Source: Catajapyx aquilonaris (Eukaryota). From it: 60,836 bases of DNA. The position numbers and the translations under genes were made by a program. The notes below the pieces were generated by a model. It had not been told where the DNA came from. It worked only from the letters and a program-made list of their open reading frames with translations, and ran no database searches. The stretch's first letter is position 1, and each line of letters starts with the position of its first letter. Shown here piece by piece: positions 23,736-37,942 of this stretch. The stretch spans positions 1 through 60,836 of the forward strand of contig JYFJ02002224.1 in assembly GCA_000934665.2 (NCBI GenBank), read 5' to 3'.

Positions 23736-24031
23736 TACAACGCAAGCATTTTAATATTTAATAGAAGCAGCATGACAGTAATGTATACCTTATGGGAGGC
23801 TTCGTGGGAACTGCCTAAAGGATCCTGTGCAAAATGAGTGGCACTTGCCACAGCGACCAGTTCCTCTTCCTCCACCGGCTCCACTTTGACATCCTCTTCT
23901 TCGTCGAGGCTGGTGAGGCCCTCGTAGAACTCTGTGGACGAGTGCTCCTCCTTCACTCTCAGCTTCCACTCCTCCTCCGTGGTGATGCTCCCTTCATCTT
24001 CCTCCTCTTCCTTTTTGATTTCCAACGACAT
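22511..24031 (-). CDS. Predicted chimeric gene: family-A acidic N-exon spliced to full mariner transposase (487 aa)
   Basis: Exon 24031-23789 (81 codons, phase 0), 57-nt intron gtatac...ttgtattag (23788-23732), then an open frame from 23731 through TIR/5'UTR (VRSISSRPGRGRPAGDTETGAAVVGC...) into the transposase; intact family-A promoter upstream. Confidence 0.6.
23738..23765 (-). mobile_element. Helitron 5'-end remnant
   Basis: TCTATTAAATATTAAAATGCTTGCGTTG matches the 5' terminus TCTATAATATTAAAATGCTTGCGTTG of the Helitron ending at 57483. Confidence 0.65.
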
Positions 24032-24614
24032 GCCCCTGGAATATAAACACAGTATGACTATGACATCTAGGAACACATCAATATTGTTTGTGTACTACTA
24101 GTGAACACTTGATATGTTAACACTGGTGGCCTCCTCCTTCCGACCCACCTGCTCATCCTTCCCGCTGTTTCTGTTGTGCCCGATCCTTCCCCAAATCGAC
24201 GGAAAAGCGATAAGGAAACTCAAAGAGGAGCTGAAGATGTCTTCTAAAGAGACGCCATCTTGGATTATGTGGGGGTGCATTCCCACCGCCGCGCCAAACA
24301 ACGGACAGGAAACGGCTTTAAACGCTACTTGAGGGAACACCGATAACAAGTCACTGCTACTATCACAGTATGACTGTTTACGTTGCCAATGAGTCTCACG
24401 CAGTACTTATTGTCATTTGCGCATGTCGTTTATTCTGCATATTATACAGAGCATTACATGGATATGAAGCAATTACAAAATTATTAACTTAACAAGGGTT
24501 TACAATGACTTTTGAAGGGGGTCTGGGGATTCAGAGTTAGACCACTCGTCATAATACGGCATGTCTCTACGCAAACTTGATGGAAGGACACACTTTTCCT
24601 TTTAAGCCTAACAA

Positions 24615-26789
24615 TCATGTGGCTTTTCTGGGATGCGAGCAATCATGTCTTTTTAAAGCCATAGAGCGACTAAACGTTTTCCCACAAATATCACAACAGT
24701 AAGGTTTCTCTACCATGTGAATTCTGACATGTGCGGAGAGAGCAGATGAACCACTGAATGATGCCTTGCAAAACTGGCAGGCCAACTGTGTGTGCTTGAG
24801 CATGTGTTTTTCCACACCTGATTCAGCATGAAACTTTTTACTGCAAACCTGGCACCCATATGGCTTTTCTGGTGTGTGAGCAATCATATGGTGTTCAAAA
24901 TCAGTTGAGCCACTGAACTCTTTCCCACAAATATCAGAACCATCAGCAGGTTTCTCTTTCGTGTAAATTCTGATATGTGCAGACAGAGCAGATGAACTTC
25001 TGAAGATTGCCTTGCAAACCGGACATTGAAATGGCCTCTCTTTAGGGTGGGTTTTCATATGGATTTTCCAAGCTTTTTGATAAACAAATGATTCCTTACA
25101 AATCTGACAGCTAAATGGTCTCTCACCTGTGTGCGACCGCATGTGTAATTTCAAAGGAGAAGGATACGCAAACTTTTTCTCACAAACATGACAATTATAT
25201 GACTTTCGGGTGAGAGCTTTCACATGTATTTTAAAATGTCTTTTAAAATCAGTTGAGAGACTAAACTCTTTCCCACAAACATCACATGAATAAGGTGTCA
25301 CTCCCAAGTGAATTCTGAGATGTGTGGTCAGATAAGAAGCATCATCAAATGTGACCTTACAAATACCACAACCAAATGGTCTCTCACCAGTGTGGATTTT
25401 CATGTGTGTTTTAAGATCAAATAGATCATTACACTTCTTATTGCAGATATGGCAATCATATGTCTTCCCTCCTGTGTTCAACACAAATTGTCTCTTTAAC
25501 TCCTTCCTCTTCTTCAAATCTTCTTCGTCAGTCTGTTGTTGTTCCTGCAATAAGCAAAAATATACTGTTGGTACACTTTGCCATCATTACAGGTCAAGCA
25601 GTTGATTTTTTTTCCAGAGACAGGTTCTTCCGATGTGTGCAGGAATGAAATATGGTGTCGAATTTTCCTCAATCCAAGGTGGCCAAACTAGGAAGGTGCA
25701 TTGTTTACAATTATTATGCATATTCAGTCTTTGATCTGATAGTGGCCAAACAGTTACAGTTATCAAAAATTGATAATGTACTTTATGATGGGAAATATAA
25801 TTATCTTCAAGTTCCCTTCCAAACCGTTTTTCATGAAATGAAAGGTTAAAAGTATTTTTGCCGCCATATTTGAAAGAATACCACCGTAAGATGTGTGAGA
25901 GAGAAAATGGCTACAAATTGATTTGTTAAATTTTCTGATCATGCTTAACAACTTCCCACAAACAGATCAAAATGAACATGAAATATGAGGCAAACTTATT
26001 TTTTGAACAAATCTTCCCAAGCTATTAAACCCGAGATAATAATTATTGATCGAGGATTGACATTTTCCTGCTGACAAGATGGTGGTGGAATGCATGTTCG
26101 CATGTATGGTTGAGCTATTTGTGTACAAATTTCCCAAACGGCTAGGACACCATTATTGGCAGAGGGAGGGAAACCATACAATAGCCCTATAGCTAAAATT
26201 GTATTCAGGAATAATAAATCACAATGTTAGTGTCCAATGTCCATGCAGCATGCACCATGCAATATGACAGTGAAATACCTCACGGAAGACTTCATGGGAA
26301 ATGCCAAAGGTATCCGGTGCAAACCGAAGAAGCCCTTCCACGCTGTCCGTGTCATCCTCCACTGGCTCTTGCTCATGTAAGTCTCTGACAGTCATCTTCT
26401 AAGGAATACATGCATCACAAAAATCACGAAATTGATTGCATAGATCTATAAGGAATACTGATTTACTGGAAATTCTTGCTTATGCCTAGCCTTGAGAGTA
26501 ATGTTTGTATCATGGCAGAATTTCCTAGATGCAGCCAGTGACGTACCTCATGGACGGCTTCATGGGAAATGTCTAAAGGATCCTGTTCAAAATAAGACAC
26601 ATCTGCCACAGCGACCAGATCCTCTTCCTCCACTGGCTCCACTTTGACATCCTCTTCTTTGACGGTGGTAAGGCCCTCGTAGAAGGACGCAGAGGGCTCC
26701 TCCTCCTTCACTCTCAGCCTCCACTCCTCTTCCGTGGTGATGCTACTTCCATCATCATCTTCCTCTTCTTCTTTGATTTCCAATGACAT
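24615..26789 (-). CDS. C2H2 zinc-finger protein, family A copy 7 (10 finger units)
   Basis: Exons 26789-26547, probable cassette exon 26398-26279, and 25544-24615; open frame. Confidence 0.88.
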
Positions 26790-27930
26790 GATCCTCCTAA
26801 ATAAATCCCAGTCAGGTTACACAGTGTGACTATAGAAGCGAAGCACGGCCTGTCTCCATGGTTTGATTGCCATGGACACACAGACTATCCAGTTGCCCCA
26901 CACCCTTTGGCCTCCTCCTCCTTCCAACCCACCTGTCCCCACTGCTCATCCTTCCTGTGCCCTTTTCCCTTCCTCAGAACAAGGCGAAAGAGAAGGAAAC
27001 AAGACGAGATGTCTCTTCATCAAGAGACGCCATCTTGGATTAGGAAAAAAAAAGAAAAAAAAGAAAAAGGGTGCATTCCCACCGCCGAACTATGGACGGG
27101 GACGGGATTAAACGCTATTGAGGAAAGAAAACCAAAATTCACAAATCACTTGCCAATAGCGGTTAATTCAAAATGTCAGAAAATGTGATTGTATTCATTT
27201 CATTAACAATGAATTATGTGAACATTGAACGCACACAGCGTAATGATATTGTCAAGGAATGTAATGCATTACTTGGCATTTGAAAAATAATAAAAATGAA
27301 ATGGTTTTGCAACTGATTTCATGAGTTATTGATCCACATCAATGTTGGAAATTAATTGTGTCATCAGGCCATAATTATGTCCGCATTGTCTATATAAAAA
27401 AATCGTAATTGTTTTCTTCTCTTACACAACATTACAACCATGTACAATAAAGTTATCGAAACAGGGTTCAATTTATTCTCAGACATCAGACCTTTCGGAC
27501 CATGTAGAGTAGCAGTTGGAGCCAACATGTCGCATTTAGCTTAGAAAAACCTGTGGCCATCCACGCCCTTAGGTCAAAGGTCACAAGTTTTGACCTCCCG
27601 AAATGGACCCTTTTTTCTCATCATGTGTACTAGAACATATAATTATCGAAAAAAATGTCGTTTAATCTGCATAATTATACAGAGAGATACAGATAAGAAG
27701 CAACTACAAAATTATTACCATTACAAGGGTTTACAATTACTTTTGAAGGGGGTCTGGGGGATTCAGAGTTAGACCACTCGTCATAATGCACCACAGAGTG
27801 CTAGACCATGGGAGCTCAAATGACAGGAGATGAAATCATGGGAGCCTACTGCTTCTCTCCTCTGGGCTTGGGCATGTCTCTACTCAAACTTGATGGAACA
27901 ATACACTTTTCCTTTCAAGCCTAGCAATAA

Positions 27931-29848
27931 TCATGTGGCTTTTCTCGGATGCGAGCAATCATGTCTTTTTAAAGCCATCGAGCGACTAAATGTTTTCCCA
28001 CAAATATCACAACAGTAGGGTGTCTCTACCATGTGAATTCTGACATGTGCGGAGAGAGCAGATGAACCACAGAATGCCGCCTTGCAAAACTGGCAGGAAA
28101 TCTTGTGCTTCCAGCGCATGTGTCTTTCCAAACCTGAATTACAAGTAAACATTTTCATGCAAATATGGCACTCATCCAGCTTTTCTCGGGTGTGAGCAAT
28201 CATATTGTGTTCAATATCAGTTGAGCCACTAAACTCTTTCCCATGAATATCAGAACCATCAGGTTTCTCTTTCGTGTAAATTTTGACATGTTTAGACAGG
28301 CGAGATGCAGTTCTGAAGATTGCCTTGCAAACTGGACATTTAAATGGTCTCTCTTTAAGGTGGGTTTTCATATGGACTTTCAAAGCTTTTTGATAAACAA
28401 ATGATTCCTTACAAACCTGACAGCTAAATGGTCTCTCACCTGTGTGCAACCGCATGTGTGTTTTCATATTATAAGGTGATGAAAACTTTCTCTCACAAAC
28501 ATGACATTTATATGGCTTTTTTTCCGCATGTATTTTACAATGTCTTTCAAAATCAGTTGAGAGACTAAACTCTTTCCCACAAATATCACAAGAATAAGGT
28601 GTCACTCTCGAGTGAATTCTGAGATGTGCGGTCAGAAGAGAAGCATCATCAAATGTTACGTTACAAATACCACAACCGAATGGTCTCTCACCAGTGTGGA
28701 TTTTCATGTGTGTTTTAAGATCAGATGGATCATTACACTTCTTATTGCAGACATGGCAATCATATGTCTTCCCGCCTGTGTGAGACGCAAATTGTCTTTT
28801 TAACTCCTTCTTCTTCTTCAAATCATCTTCAGTCAGGTCTTCATCAGTCTGCTGTTGTTCCTGTAATACGCAAAAATATACTGTTGGTACACTTTCCTAT
28901 AATTACAAGTCAAGCAGTATATATTTTTTCAGGGACAGATTCTTCCGATGTGTGCAGTAAAGAAATATGGTTCTCTAATTTTCCTCATACAAGGTGGCCA
29001 AACTAGGCAGGTCCATTGCTTACAAATATTATGCACAGTTAGTCTTTGATCTGATAGTCACTAAACAGTTACAGTTATCAAAATATTAATAATGTAATTT
29101 TTGATGGCAAATTTATAAGTTCCATTCAAAACAGTTTTAGTAATGGCTCCTGCTCAAATGAGGCCCCCTTCCAAGGAACGAATGCATCAGGCATATTATT
29201 GACTAACCGGACTGATTACACTGTACTCCAGATTATCCATGCTAATTGAAGCACAAGCGTGCCTGGAAAACCAGAAAAAAATTAAATGAAAATGGCCCTA
29301 GACACCATAAAAAAAGGGCTATTCAGAGATTATTAATGAACTACTGTGCATACTGGACGCTGCTTTAAAAAGTTTAATCAAAATAATATATAACTTAAAT
29401 TAGATTTTAAATATGGTGTCTAAAAAAAGCATGTTTATAGGTTCACCTAACATTCTTTCATACTTTATTTTTTGGAGTGATGCATGTATCATAATTATGC
29501 AACATGGATAATCGTGAGTACAGTGTACTTCTTTCTTACTTATGCCTACCCATGAAAGTAACTCACGCATCATGTCAGAATGGAACAGTGTCGTACCTCA
29601 TGCAAGACGCCATGGGAAATGTCTAACGGATCCTGTTCAAAATGAGTGGCACTTTCCACAGCAACCAGTTCCTCTTCCTCCACTGGCTCCACTTTGACGA
29701 CATCCTCTTCTTCGTTGACGCCGGTAAGGCCTTCGTCATAGAACTGCGTAGACAAGGGCTCCACCGCCACCTTCCACTCCTCCTCCGTGGTGATGCTCCT
29801 TTCATCATCTTCTGCCTCCTCTACTTCTTTTTTGATTGCCAATGACAT
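27931..29848 (-). CDS. C2H2 zinc-finger protein, family A copy 8 (10 finger units)
   Basis: Exons 29848-29597 and 28860-27931, phase 0, open frame. Confidence 0.88.
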
Positions 29849-30337
29849 GCTCCTGGAAAATAATTCCCAAAGTGGTCACACAATATGGTATCTAGGAACG
29901 CATTAAATTTGTTGTGTACTATGTGTAGTACTAGTGAACACTTGACATGTTAACACTGGTGGCCTCCTCCTCCTTCTGCCCCTCCTTCCGACCCACCTGC
30001 TCATCCTTCCCACTGTTGTTGTGGCTGCTGATTCTTCCTCAAATTGACGGAAAAGGGAAGGAAACTCAAGAGTTGATGTCTTCTAAAGAGACGCCATCTT
30101 GGATCACGTCCCTTGGGGTGCATTCCCACCACCGCTCCGAACAATGGACAAGAAAGTGCTTAAACGCTATTTAAGGGAACACCGATAACAAGTAACCGCT
30201 ACTTTCACAGCATAATTATTATTTTATTAATGTATTTAGATCTGACATGGCAGGATACATCTCCAATGAAAATGGTGCAGGCAATGGTGGTGAGTATTGC
30301 AGGCTGACGATGTGCAAAGAGTCATTACTGGTCCTTT

Positions 30338-32444
30338 TTATCTGGGTCTGATCTTCATGGCTGCTCTTCTCAGAGAGTAACTCCATCCCTTCCAATGGTC
30401 CCAGTAGACACCTTGTTGAAATGGTGCGTCATGCTCTCCCTTGAGATAAAGTCCGTTCAGATTGGAATAGTGGCATCCAAAGTACCACCAGCCACCCTTG
30501 AACTCCTCTGCGCAGTTCAATCCAGTCGAAAGATCGCTGTCCCGGTCTTTTGTGGAGAAGGCCCGTCCATTGTGTTCGGCAAGAGAGTCCCCCGGGTCTC
30601 CTCCCGGTCCCTTCTCGTATCCCTCCACAGTGAGGTTGTACTTCTTCTCTTCATCTTGGACTCTAAAAGTGTGGTACAAGGCAACCCTCTCCTCCCCCTC
30701 CCAATCCTCCAGTTCCACCCGCAGCAGCATCGGAGTTGAAGGGTCACTGGTCAGTCCGTGGATGTTGTCCAGACCTATATAGGGTGAAAGTTTATACTAT
30801 TAGAAGATTTTGACAATAAAAAAAGTTAACCCAAACTTAAAAATTCTATGTTGATCCTTTTAAACCATTAAGGGCAGATATGGATATCTGGTGAATAACC
30901 TCACATCACCACTTTGAGTTCTGGTTCGTTGGGCCTGCCAATACATTCGTCTCCTGTGATGGTGACAATAAGTGATAAGAGTGCAACTCACCCAGCCAGA
31001 ACTCCCCTTCCAGATCACCAAACCCTCTCTTGTAGTCTGACCATCCACGGTTGAAGTCCACGTGAGGCTCGATGTCGTCTCTTCTTTGAATGACCGTCCA
31101 CCCTCCTCCATCCGACACCATATCACAGTACACCTGAGGACATGACGACGTTAGTTAGGCCTACGTAAATTCTAATAATTCCACTCAACGTATATAGCAC
31201 TCAATCATTCAGAGTAGTGACAGCGACATTATTTTTCCAGCGAGTCTCACCTCGACTTGTTTTCCAGATATGTTCACGGAATAAACTCCAGATGTACTGT
31301 GCCCTCGTTGCAGAAGGTCATGGCAACTATCTGCAGTAATTTCAGGGGGTGTAGGGTCTGAAAGAGAGTCTGAATCAGTCCTCAATCAATCGTCACAAAA
31401 CCGGAAATATTTCTGTTTATCAAACGTCTGCTGGAGCACCTCCATTAACATCTTTTCCCACTCTTTTAAAAGCATCCCTTACAAGCATTTTGCTCGGTTA
31501 TTGGCCACAGTTCCATTATCGCCGTGCCTATTTTCTGTATTTCTGTAGCTGCTGTATTGGTAAAAGACACAATTTCCCAACAGCTTTCCTTGCAAGGGTG
31601 TGAGTGTAACTACTATACTTTATAATAGCAAAAAATGTAAGTACAAAAATCCTATTAATATTTTCAACCAACGCACACAATACGTCGCATAAGCAATGAT
31701 CTATTTTCTTACCAGATGCGGTGGGGCTGACATCAGTTGCGTTGTTCACAATATCCGTCACCGATGAGGTTGTTGTGTCCACTGCATGGCTGGAATCAAT
31801 TGCAAGTATTTTGACATGTACTTAGGGGTCAACATTCAATTAAGCCACTGTTTTCCCGAACACACACAGCTTCATAATGTAACATGTTGGGAAAGGATGA
31901 TGGACTGTGATAGCAGCACAATATAATTATAATTTATACTATTCTACACTGTCTTAACTATTGGTCGCAATAAAAGCAGTTGGGTTGACACGGGGTTGAT
32001 GCCTTACCTCAATTTCACTTCTAATGATATTCTTTCTTTTAAGAATGCCAGCACTTCTTCTTTTAATGATTGCATTTCCTGTTTTGACGATTTCATTCCC
32101 TCTTCTAATGCTTCTTTTAGGGATGCCACTTCCCCCTTGATGTCTCCCACTTCTCGTGCTGCGGAATTTAAAAAGTAAGCGCATATTTAACGAACTTTAA
32201 CGAGACTTGATAAATATCCATCGGTCCCTTATTTATTACCTGATCGACCAAATCCATCCTCCATTACTCTGATCATTGTTTCCATGGCCAGTTCCAGTCG
32301 ATCTATCTGACATGTTTCCTTTGGATGGGTAGCACCGGTAGTATTTTCTGCTGCATCATTAGTCAGGGCCAGGGAATGATTGGCCCCTGACAGGAACAGA
32401 AGGGTGGTCACCAAATAGAGACCAAAACTGCTGGTGTGGGCCAT
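30338..32444 (-). CDS. Fibrinogen-related protein (FREP; tachylectin-5/ficolin-like) copy 1, 6 exons
   Basis: Exons 32444-32240 (signal peptide), 32158-32008 (coiled coil), 31789-31713, 31357-31251, 31133-30992, 30774-30338; motifs [42 protein letters not shown]. Confidence 0.9.
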
Positions 32445-34128
32445 CGTCTCTGAGGATGCTGCACTCGACTGAATCAGGACGACTCCTTTCTCCTTCAATC
32501 CCTTGGGGCGCACTGAATTAGTAGTGACATTAATTTTTGTGACCGAAGATAAAATATTTATGGTCAGAGGGCGATGCCTCATTATCAGCAGAGATGTCAG
32601 TGGGTTTATCGATATTATATCCCACTCCTTTTATCCTCAAATGGAACGTAAATCACATGTGTTATGGTTAGGAAATATCATGATCTGTGAACTTCCCTTG
32701 CCCACATTATGAGCATTGGTGTTGGTTGTCTGGAAGGGTCATGGGTCGCATGAGGGGGCCATTCCACTTTATATCTAGATAAGCCGTGGATGTTTACTTG
32801 ATGACCTTCACCAAAGTCGGGAGTTGTAAGCGGCAGTGATTCCTCTTTGATTTGATAAGGAGGGAAGTGGTAATGGCTTGGTGTAACTTTAATTCTTGGC
32901 GATTATGGCACAGTTCATCATTCATTATATCCGTCCAGTTTATTGGCATTTACCAGATATTTGCATTGAATAAAAACACTGGAAAAGGCAGCGAAATGCC
33001 AGATACTCGGAATGACAACTGGCAAATAACCCAACAGACTCTTTGGGAATAGGTTGATATAATTATTACACGCAAGGAGCATAATTATATTCAAGGTATA
33101 AATACCAGAAAATTCATGTGTGGGATAATGGCCAACAAAAGTGCAATTTTCCAGGAGAGCTAATATTGATGTTTGCACTCTCTTCAAAATCAAAGGGAAA
33201 GCTGGTTTTGCTCTAGTCCGTGTTGCCGTCTCGAGCATGATACCTGAACTTGGAGTACGTATATGCAAATAATTAAGCATATTCCTTGAAACAAAATGGA
33301 CCCTTTTTTCATCATGTGTACTATAGAACATATAGGTCACACGCTCATCAGATGATGCCATCTGAGCGAGAACATGATTCGCGAAAAAATGCGAATCATT
33401 CGACCTGTAACACTCCAATTTAGGCTCTATAATATGATCTATGTATGGAATGAAAATGTGATGCAGTTGAAAATATAGTGATTTTTATTGAAACCAGCAA
33501 AAAAATAATAGTACGGTTATGCAGGCATAATAATTATTATATGAAGACTTCCCATTTTGCTGTCACTGAAACTGTATCATTCCATTTCTGGAATTGCCAA
33601 CACTGGTTAGGTCTAGGGCGACAACTGGGGCGAAGGTGTGACAGGTATTTGCGTCAGTGAAAAGTCTGGTTTTTGTGCCTGCAGTACCGGAACAGAAGAC
33701 AAATCTAAGAATATTACATAGTGATAACATAACTGTACAGTGCGGGATAATTAGAGTTATCAGGATACCAGAGGACAGTAATACAGTATATGAGATTCTA
33801 CAATGCCTAATCAATGATTACCAACCAACAGACACGAAATTGGCCCGTGACGTAGCTCCAGTGACATAGGATTCAAGTTCAACCCTTTAAAAAACAGAGA
33901 AACACAATCACAATAGTAGGCCTAGTGTTAGATGATGATGCCCCAATTTGAGAGTAATGTGGTAAGTTTGTGTGATCAGTCACATTGGCATTGAATTGAA
34001 TTAATTAGATTGGCATTACTTAAAAAGAAACTACGATATACCCCACTAATATGCATACCTTATAATTATGGAAAAGGTGCAGGGAAGGGTGGTGAGTGTG
34101 ACAAGTGCAAAGAGTCATTACTAGTCGT

Positions 34129-36839
34129 TTAACTGGACCTGATCTTCATGGCTGCTCTTCTCAGAGAGTACTTTCCGCCCTTCCAGTGTTCCCAGTAGAC
34201 ACCTTGTTCGGATTGGCCGTGCTCTCCCTTGAGATAAACTCCGTTCAGATTGGAATAGAGGCAATATGTGTACTCCGATCCACTCCTGTACCACCAGCCA
34301 CCCTCGAAATGCTCTGCGCAGTTCTCTGCAGTGTTACCATCGTTGTCCCTGTCTTTTGTGGAGAAGGCCATGCCATTGTGATAGGCAAGAGAGTCCCCCG
34401 GGTCTCCTCCTCCCGGTCCCTTCTCGTACCCTCCCACACTGAGCTTGTACTTGTCCCCTTCTCCTCCGACCAGAAAAGTGCTGTACAAGGCGACCCTCTC
34501 CTCCCCCTCCCAATCCTCCAGGTCCACCCGGAGTCTCATTGGAGTGGAAGTGGTCAGTCTGTGGATGCTGTCGAGACCTATATAGAGTGAAAGTTTATCA
34601 ATATTATCATATTAGAATATTTTTAAAATTAAAAAGGGTTAACCCAAATTTAAAAATTCTATCTGTTATAGCAGCTCAGACCTTTTCCTTGACACAAAAA
34701 AAATGTAGGTAGTAATTTTCAATTTAAGAAAGAAAAGATATTATACTTGAAGGCGCCAAATACGTATACGTATCATATCGATCCTGTTGGAAGCAAAATT
34801 GGAAACAAGTTCAAACCGAGCCTTTTAAAACTAATTCGACCCCGCTCGTATATGTGAAATGGCAAAATGGAACTCATATGTCTTTAGACAAAATCAGTTG
34901 CAGCACGAAATGGTTTAATACTGATAAGTATGTCGTGTAGGCCTAATATAAAAGATGAGAAATTAATAATAACGGTCATCAGCCCTGAACTACTCCTTGA
35001 AGAGGAGCAACGATCACCAGTCAGCGATGTCAGTATATAGTGTTTTTGCGAAGGTACGTTTCCTCCGTAAAGTGTCAGTGAGGCAGATAACAGTCCAGTG
35101 GTGTGTAACCTTTGACCCTATGCCCCACCAGGTTCAACAGGAACTATAGGCACTACACCATCATGCTGTGTAATCGTGGCGGAATAATTTGTTTCAAAGG
35201 TTTGCATGTTGACCCTTTCAGACCATTATAGTGCAGATATCTGGTGAATAACCGCACGTCACCACTTTGAGTTGTGGTTCGTTAGGCCTGCCAATCCATT
35301 CGTCTGCTGCGACGGTGACAATAAGTGATAAGAGTGCAACTCACCCAGCCAGAACTCCCCTTCCAGATCACCAAACCCTCTCTTGTAATCTGCCCAATCT
35401 CGTTCGAAGTCCACGTGAGGCTCGATGTCGTCTCTTCTTTGAATAACCGTCCACTCTCCTCCATCCGACTCCATATCACAGTACACCTGAGGACATGACA
35501 GCATTAGTTAGGCCTACGTAAATTCTAATAATTCCACTCAACGTATATAGCATTCAATCATTCAGAGTAGTGACAGCGACATTATTTTTCCAGCGAGTCT
35601 CACCTCGACTTGTTTTCCAGAGATGTTCACGGAATAAACTCCAGATGTACTGTGGCCTCGTTGCAGAAGGTCATGGCAACTATCTCCAGTAATTTCAGGG
35701 GGTGTCGGGTCTGAAACAGAGTCTGAATCAGTCCTCAATCAATCGAGACGAAACCGGAAATCTTTCTGTTTTTTAAAAGTCTGCTATAGCACCTCCATTA
35801 ACATCTTTTCCCACTCTTTTAAAAGCATACCTTTCAACCAATTTGCTCGGTTATAGGCCACAGTTCCATTATCGCTCTGCCTATTTTCTGTATGTCTGTA
35901 ACTGCTGTATTGGTAAAAGACACAATTTCCTAACAGCTTTCCTTGCAAGGGTGTGAGTGTATAACTACTATACTTTATAATAGCAAATATAAGTACAAAA
36001 ATCCTATTAATAATTACAGCCAACGCACAGAATACGTCGCATAAGCAATGATCTATTTTCTTACCAGATTCAGTCGGGCAGACAGTTGCGTTGTTCATAA
36101 TGTCCGTAACCGATGAGGTGATTGTGTCCACTGCATGGCTGGAATGAATTGCAAGTATTTTGAAGAAATAATTAATTAGACACGTACTTAGGGGTCAACA
36201 TTCAATTAAGCCACTGTTTTCCCGAACACACACAGCTTCATAATCTAACATGTTGGGAAAGGATGATCGACTGTGATAGCAGCACAATATATTTTATTCT
36301 TCTACACTAGCTGTCTTAACTATACTGGTGGCAATAAAAGCAGTTGGGTTGACAAGGGGTTGCTCACAGGTTGCTCACTTATTAGGCCTACCTCAATTTC
36401 TCTTCTAATGATTGCATTCCCTCTTCTTTTAAGAATGCCAGCACTTCTTCTTTCAATGATTGCATTTCCTGTTTTGACGATTTCATTCCCTCTTCTAAGG
36501 CTTCTTTTAGGGATGCCACTTCCCCCTTGATGTCTCCCACTTCTCGTGCTGCGGAATTTAAAAAGTAAGCGCATATTTAACGAACTTTAACGAGACTTGA
36601 TAAATATCCATCGGTCCCTTATTATTACCTGATCGAGCAAATCCATCCTCCACAGCTCTCATCACAGATTGGATGGCCACTTCCAGTCTGTCTATCTGAC
36701 TGGGTTCCTTTGTGTGGACAGCACGGGGAATGTTTTCGGCGGCATCATTAGCCAGGGCCAGGGAATGATTGGCCCCTGACAGGAACAACAGAAGGGTGGC
36801 CAACAAATAGAGACCGAAACTGCTGATGTTGGCCATCAT
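34129..36839 (-). CDS. FREP copy 2, 6 exons
   Basis: Tandem paralog of copy 1 with the same exon layout; FBG motifs in the exon near 35345-35486 and in 34577-34129. Confidence 0.88.
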
Positions 36840-37942
36840 CTCGGAGGATGCTGCACTCGACTGGATCAGACGACTCCTTTCTCCTCAATCCCTTATTATT
36901 GGGGCGTACTGAATAAATAGTGACATTTGTGACCGAAGATAAAATATTTGTGGGGCAAAGGGCCCCATTATCAGCAGAGATGTCAGTGGGTTTATCCCAC
37001 TCCTTCCCCCCNNNNNNCCCGCTTCTTCCCCCCCCCCCCCTCAAACGGAACGTTGATCACGTGTGTTATGGTTAGGAAATATCATGATCTGTGAACTTCC
37101 CTTGCTTATGCGCATTGGCTGGCGTGGTTGTCTGGATGGGTCATGGTCATGGGTCCATATGATGGGGCCATTCACTATATATACAGGGTGTATCAGAGTC
37201 ACGGGTCAAGCGCGCGCGAGGGGCGCAATGTGATGCCGGATGATACTGATTTGCTTCAAATTGTATCAACTTATAGCAGATAAAAACTTGCAGACAAAAA
37301 GTGGAGCAGAATGGGAATTAACTTGGTAATATTAGACCACTTCACTCCAGCAACCAAAAAGAGCAGCAACAATCAAAGCAAGATCTTCCAACATACTGGT
37401 GGCAGATAGAGGGTTCACTTTTTCCTCATTTGGGACTGCCAGGGATGTGCACTGATCAAAAAAAAAATAAGAAATAATTGCCGAAAATCCCTGGCCATTA
37501 TTTTTAAGTAGCTGTTATTGCAGAGAATAGCTCTTTAATCCAATCACGTCATGTAGACGAGGGAACGAACCAGAGTGGGCCGTGAACTAAAGTGCGAACG
37601 CACCCCCAAATGCTTTCCAAGATGGCTGCCATATTCCCTCGTTATTATTTTCTGACCTGTCAAAGTCTTTTTTCCTGCTCATTATTATTTCCAGGGAATT
37701 ATTTTTGAGTTTTGAGCTGGAAGAAATAAAGTACAAAGGGTGAGTACAGCTGGAGGTAATGTGGGTACTGGTTTTGGTGGTGTAACGAGGGGAGAGAGTG
37801 TGAAGAAACGTGTGGAAATTGAGGAAAATTGGTTTCTTTGAAAATTAAAAAAAAAAGTGCAATTTTGCACGTGGCTCTTGCGAGAAAAATTAGTGCAGCA
37901 ATTAGCATGTGCATTATACTAATTGATGTGTTCGTCAGGATC

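Noticed and set aside
32918..33418. 166-aa minus-strand ORF between FREP copies
   Set aside because: No recognisable motif, non-ATG start, overlaps a repeat-end-like sequence
37182..37320. TACAGGGTGT Tc1/mariner-like terminus (similar at about 55501)
   Set aside because: No matching second terminus found, so no element can be delimited
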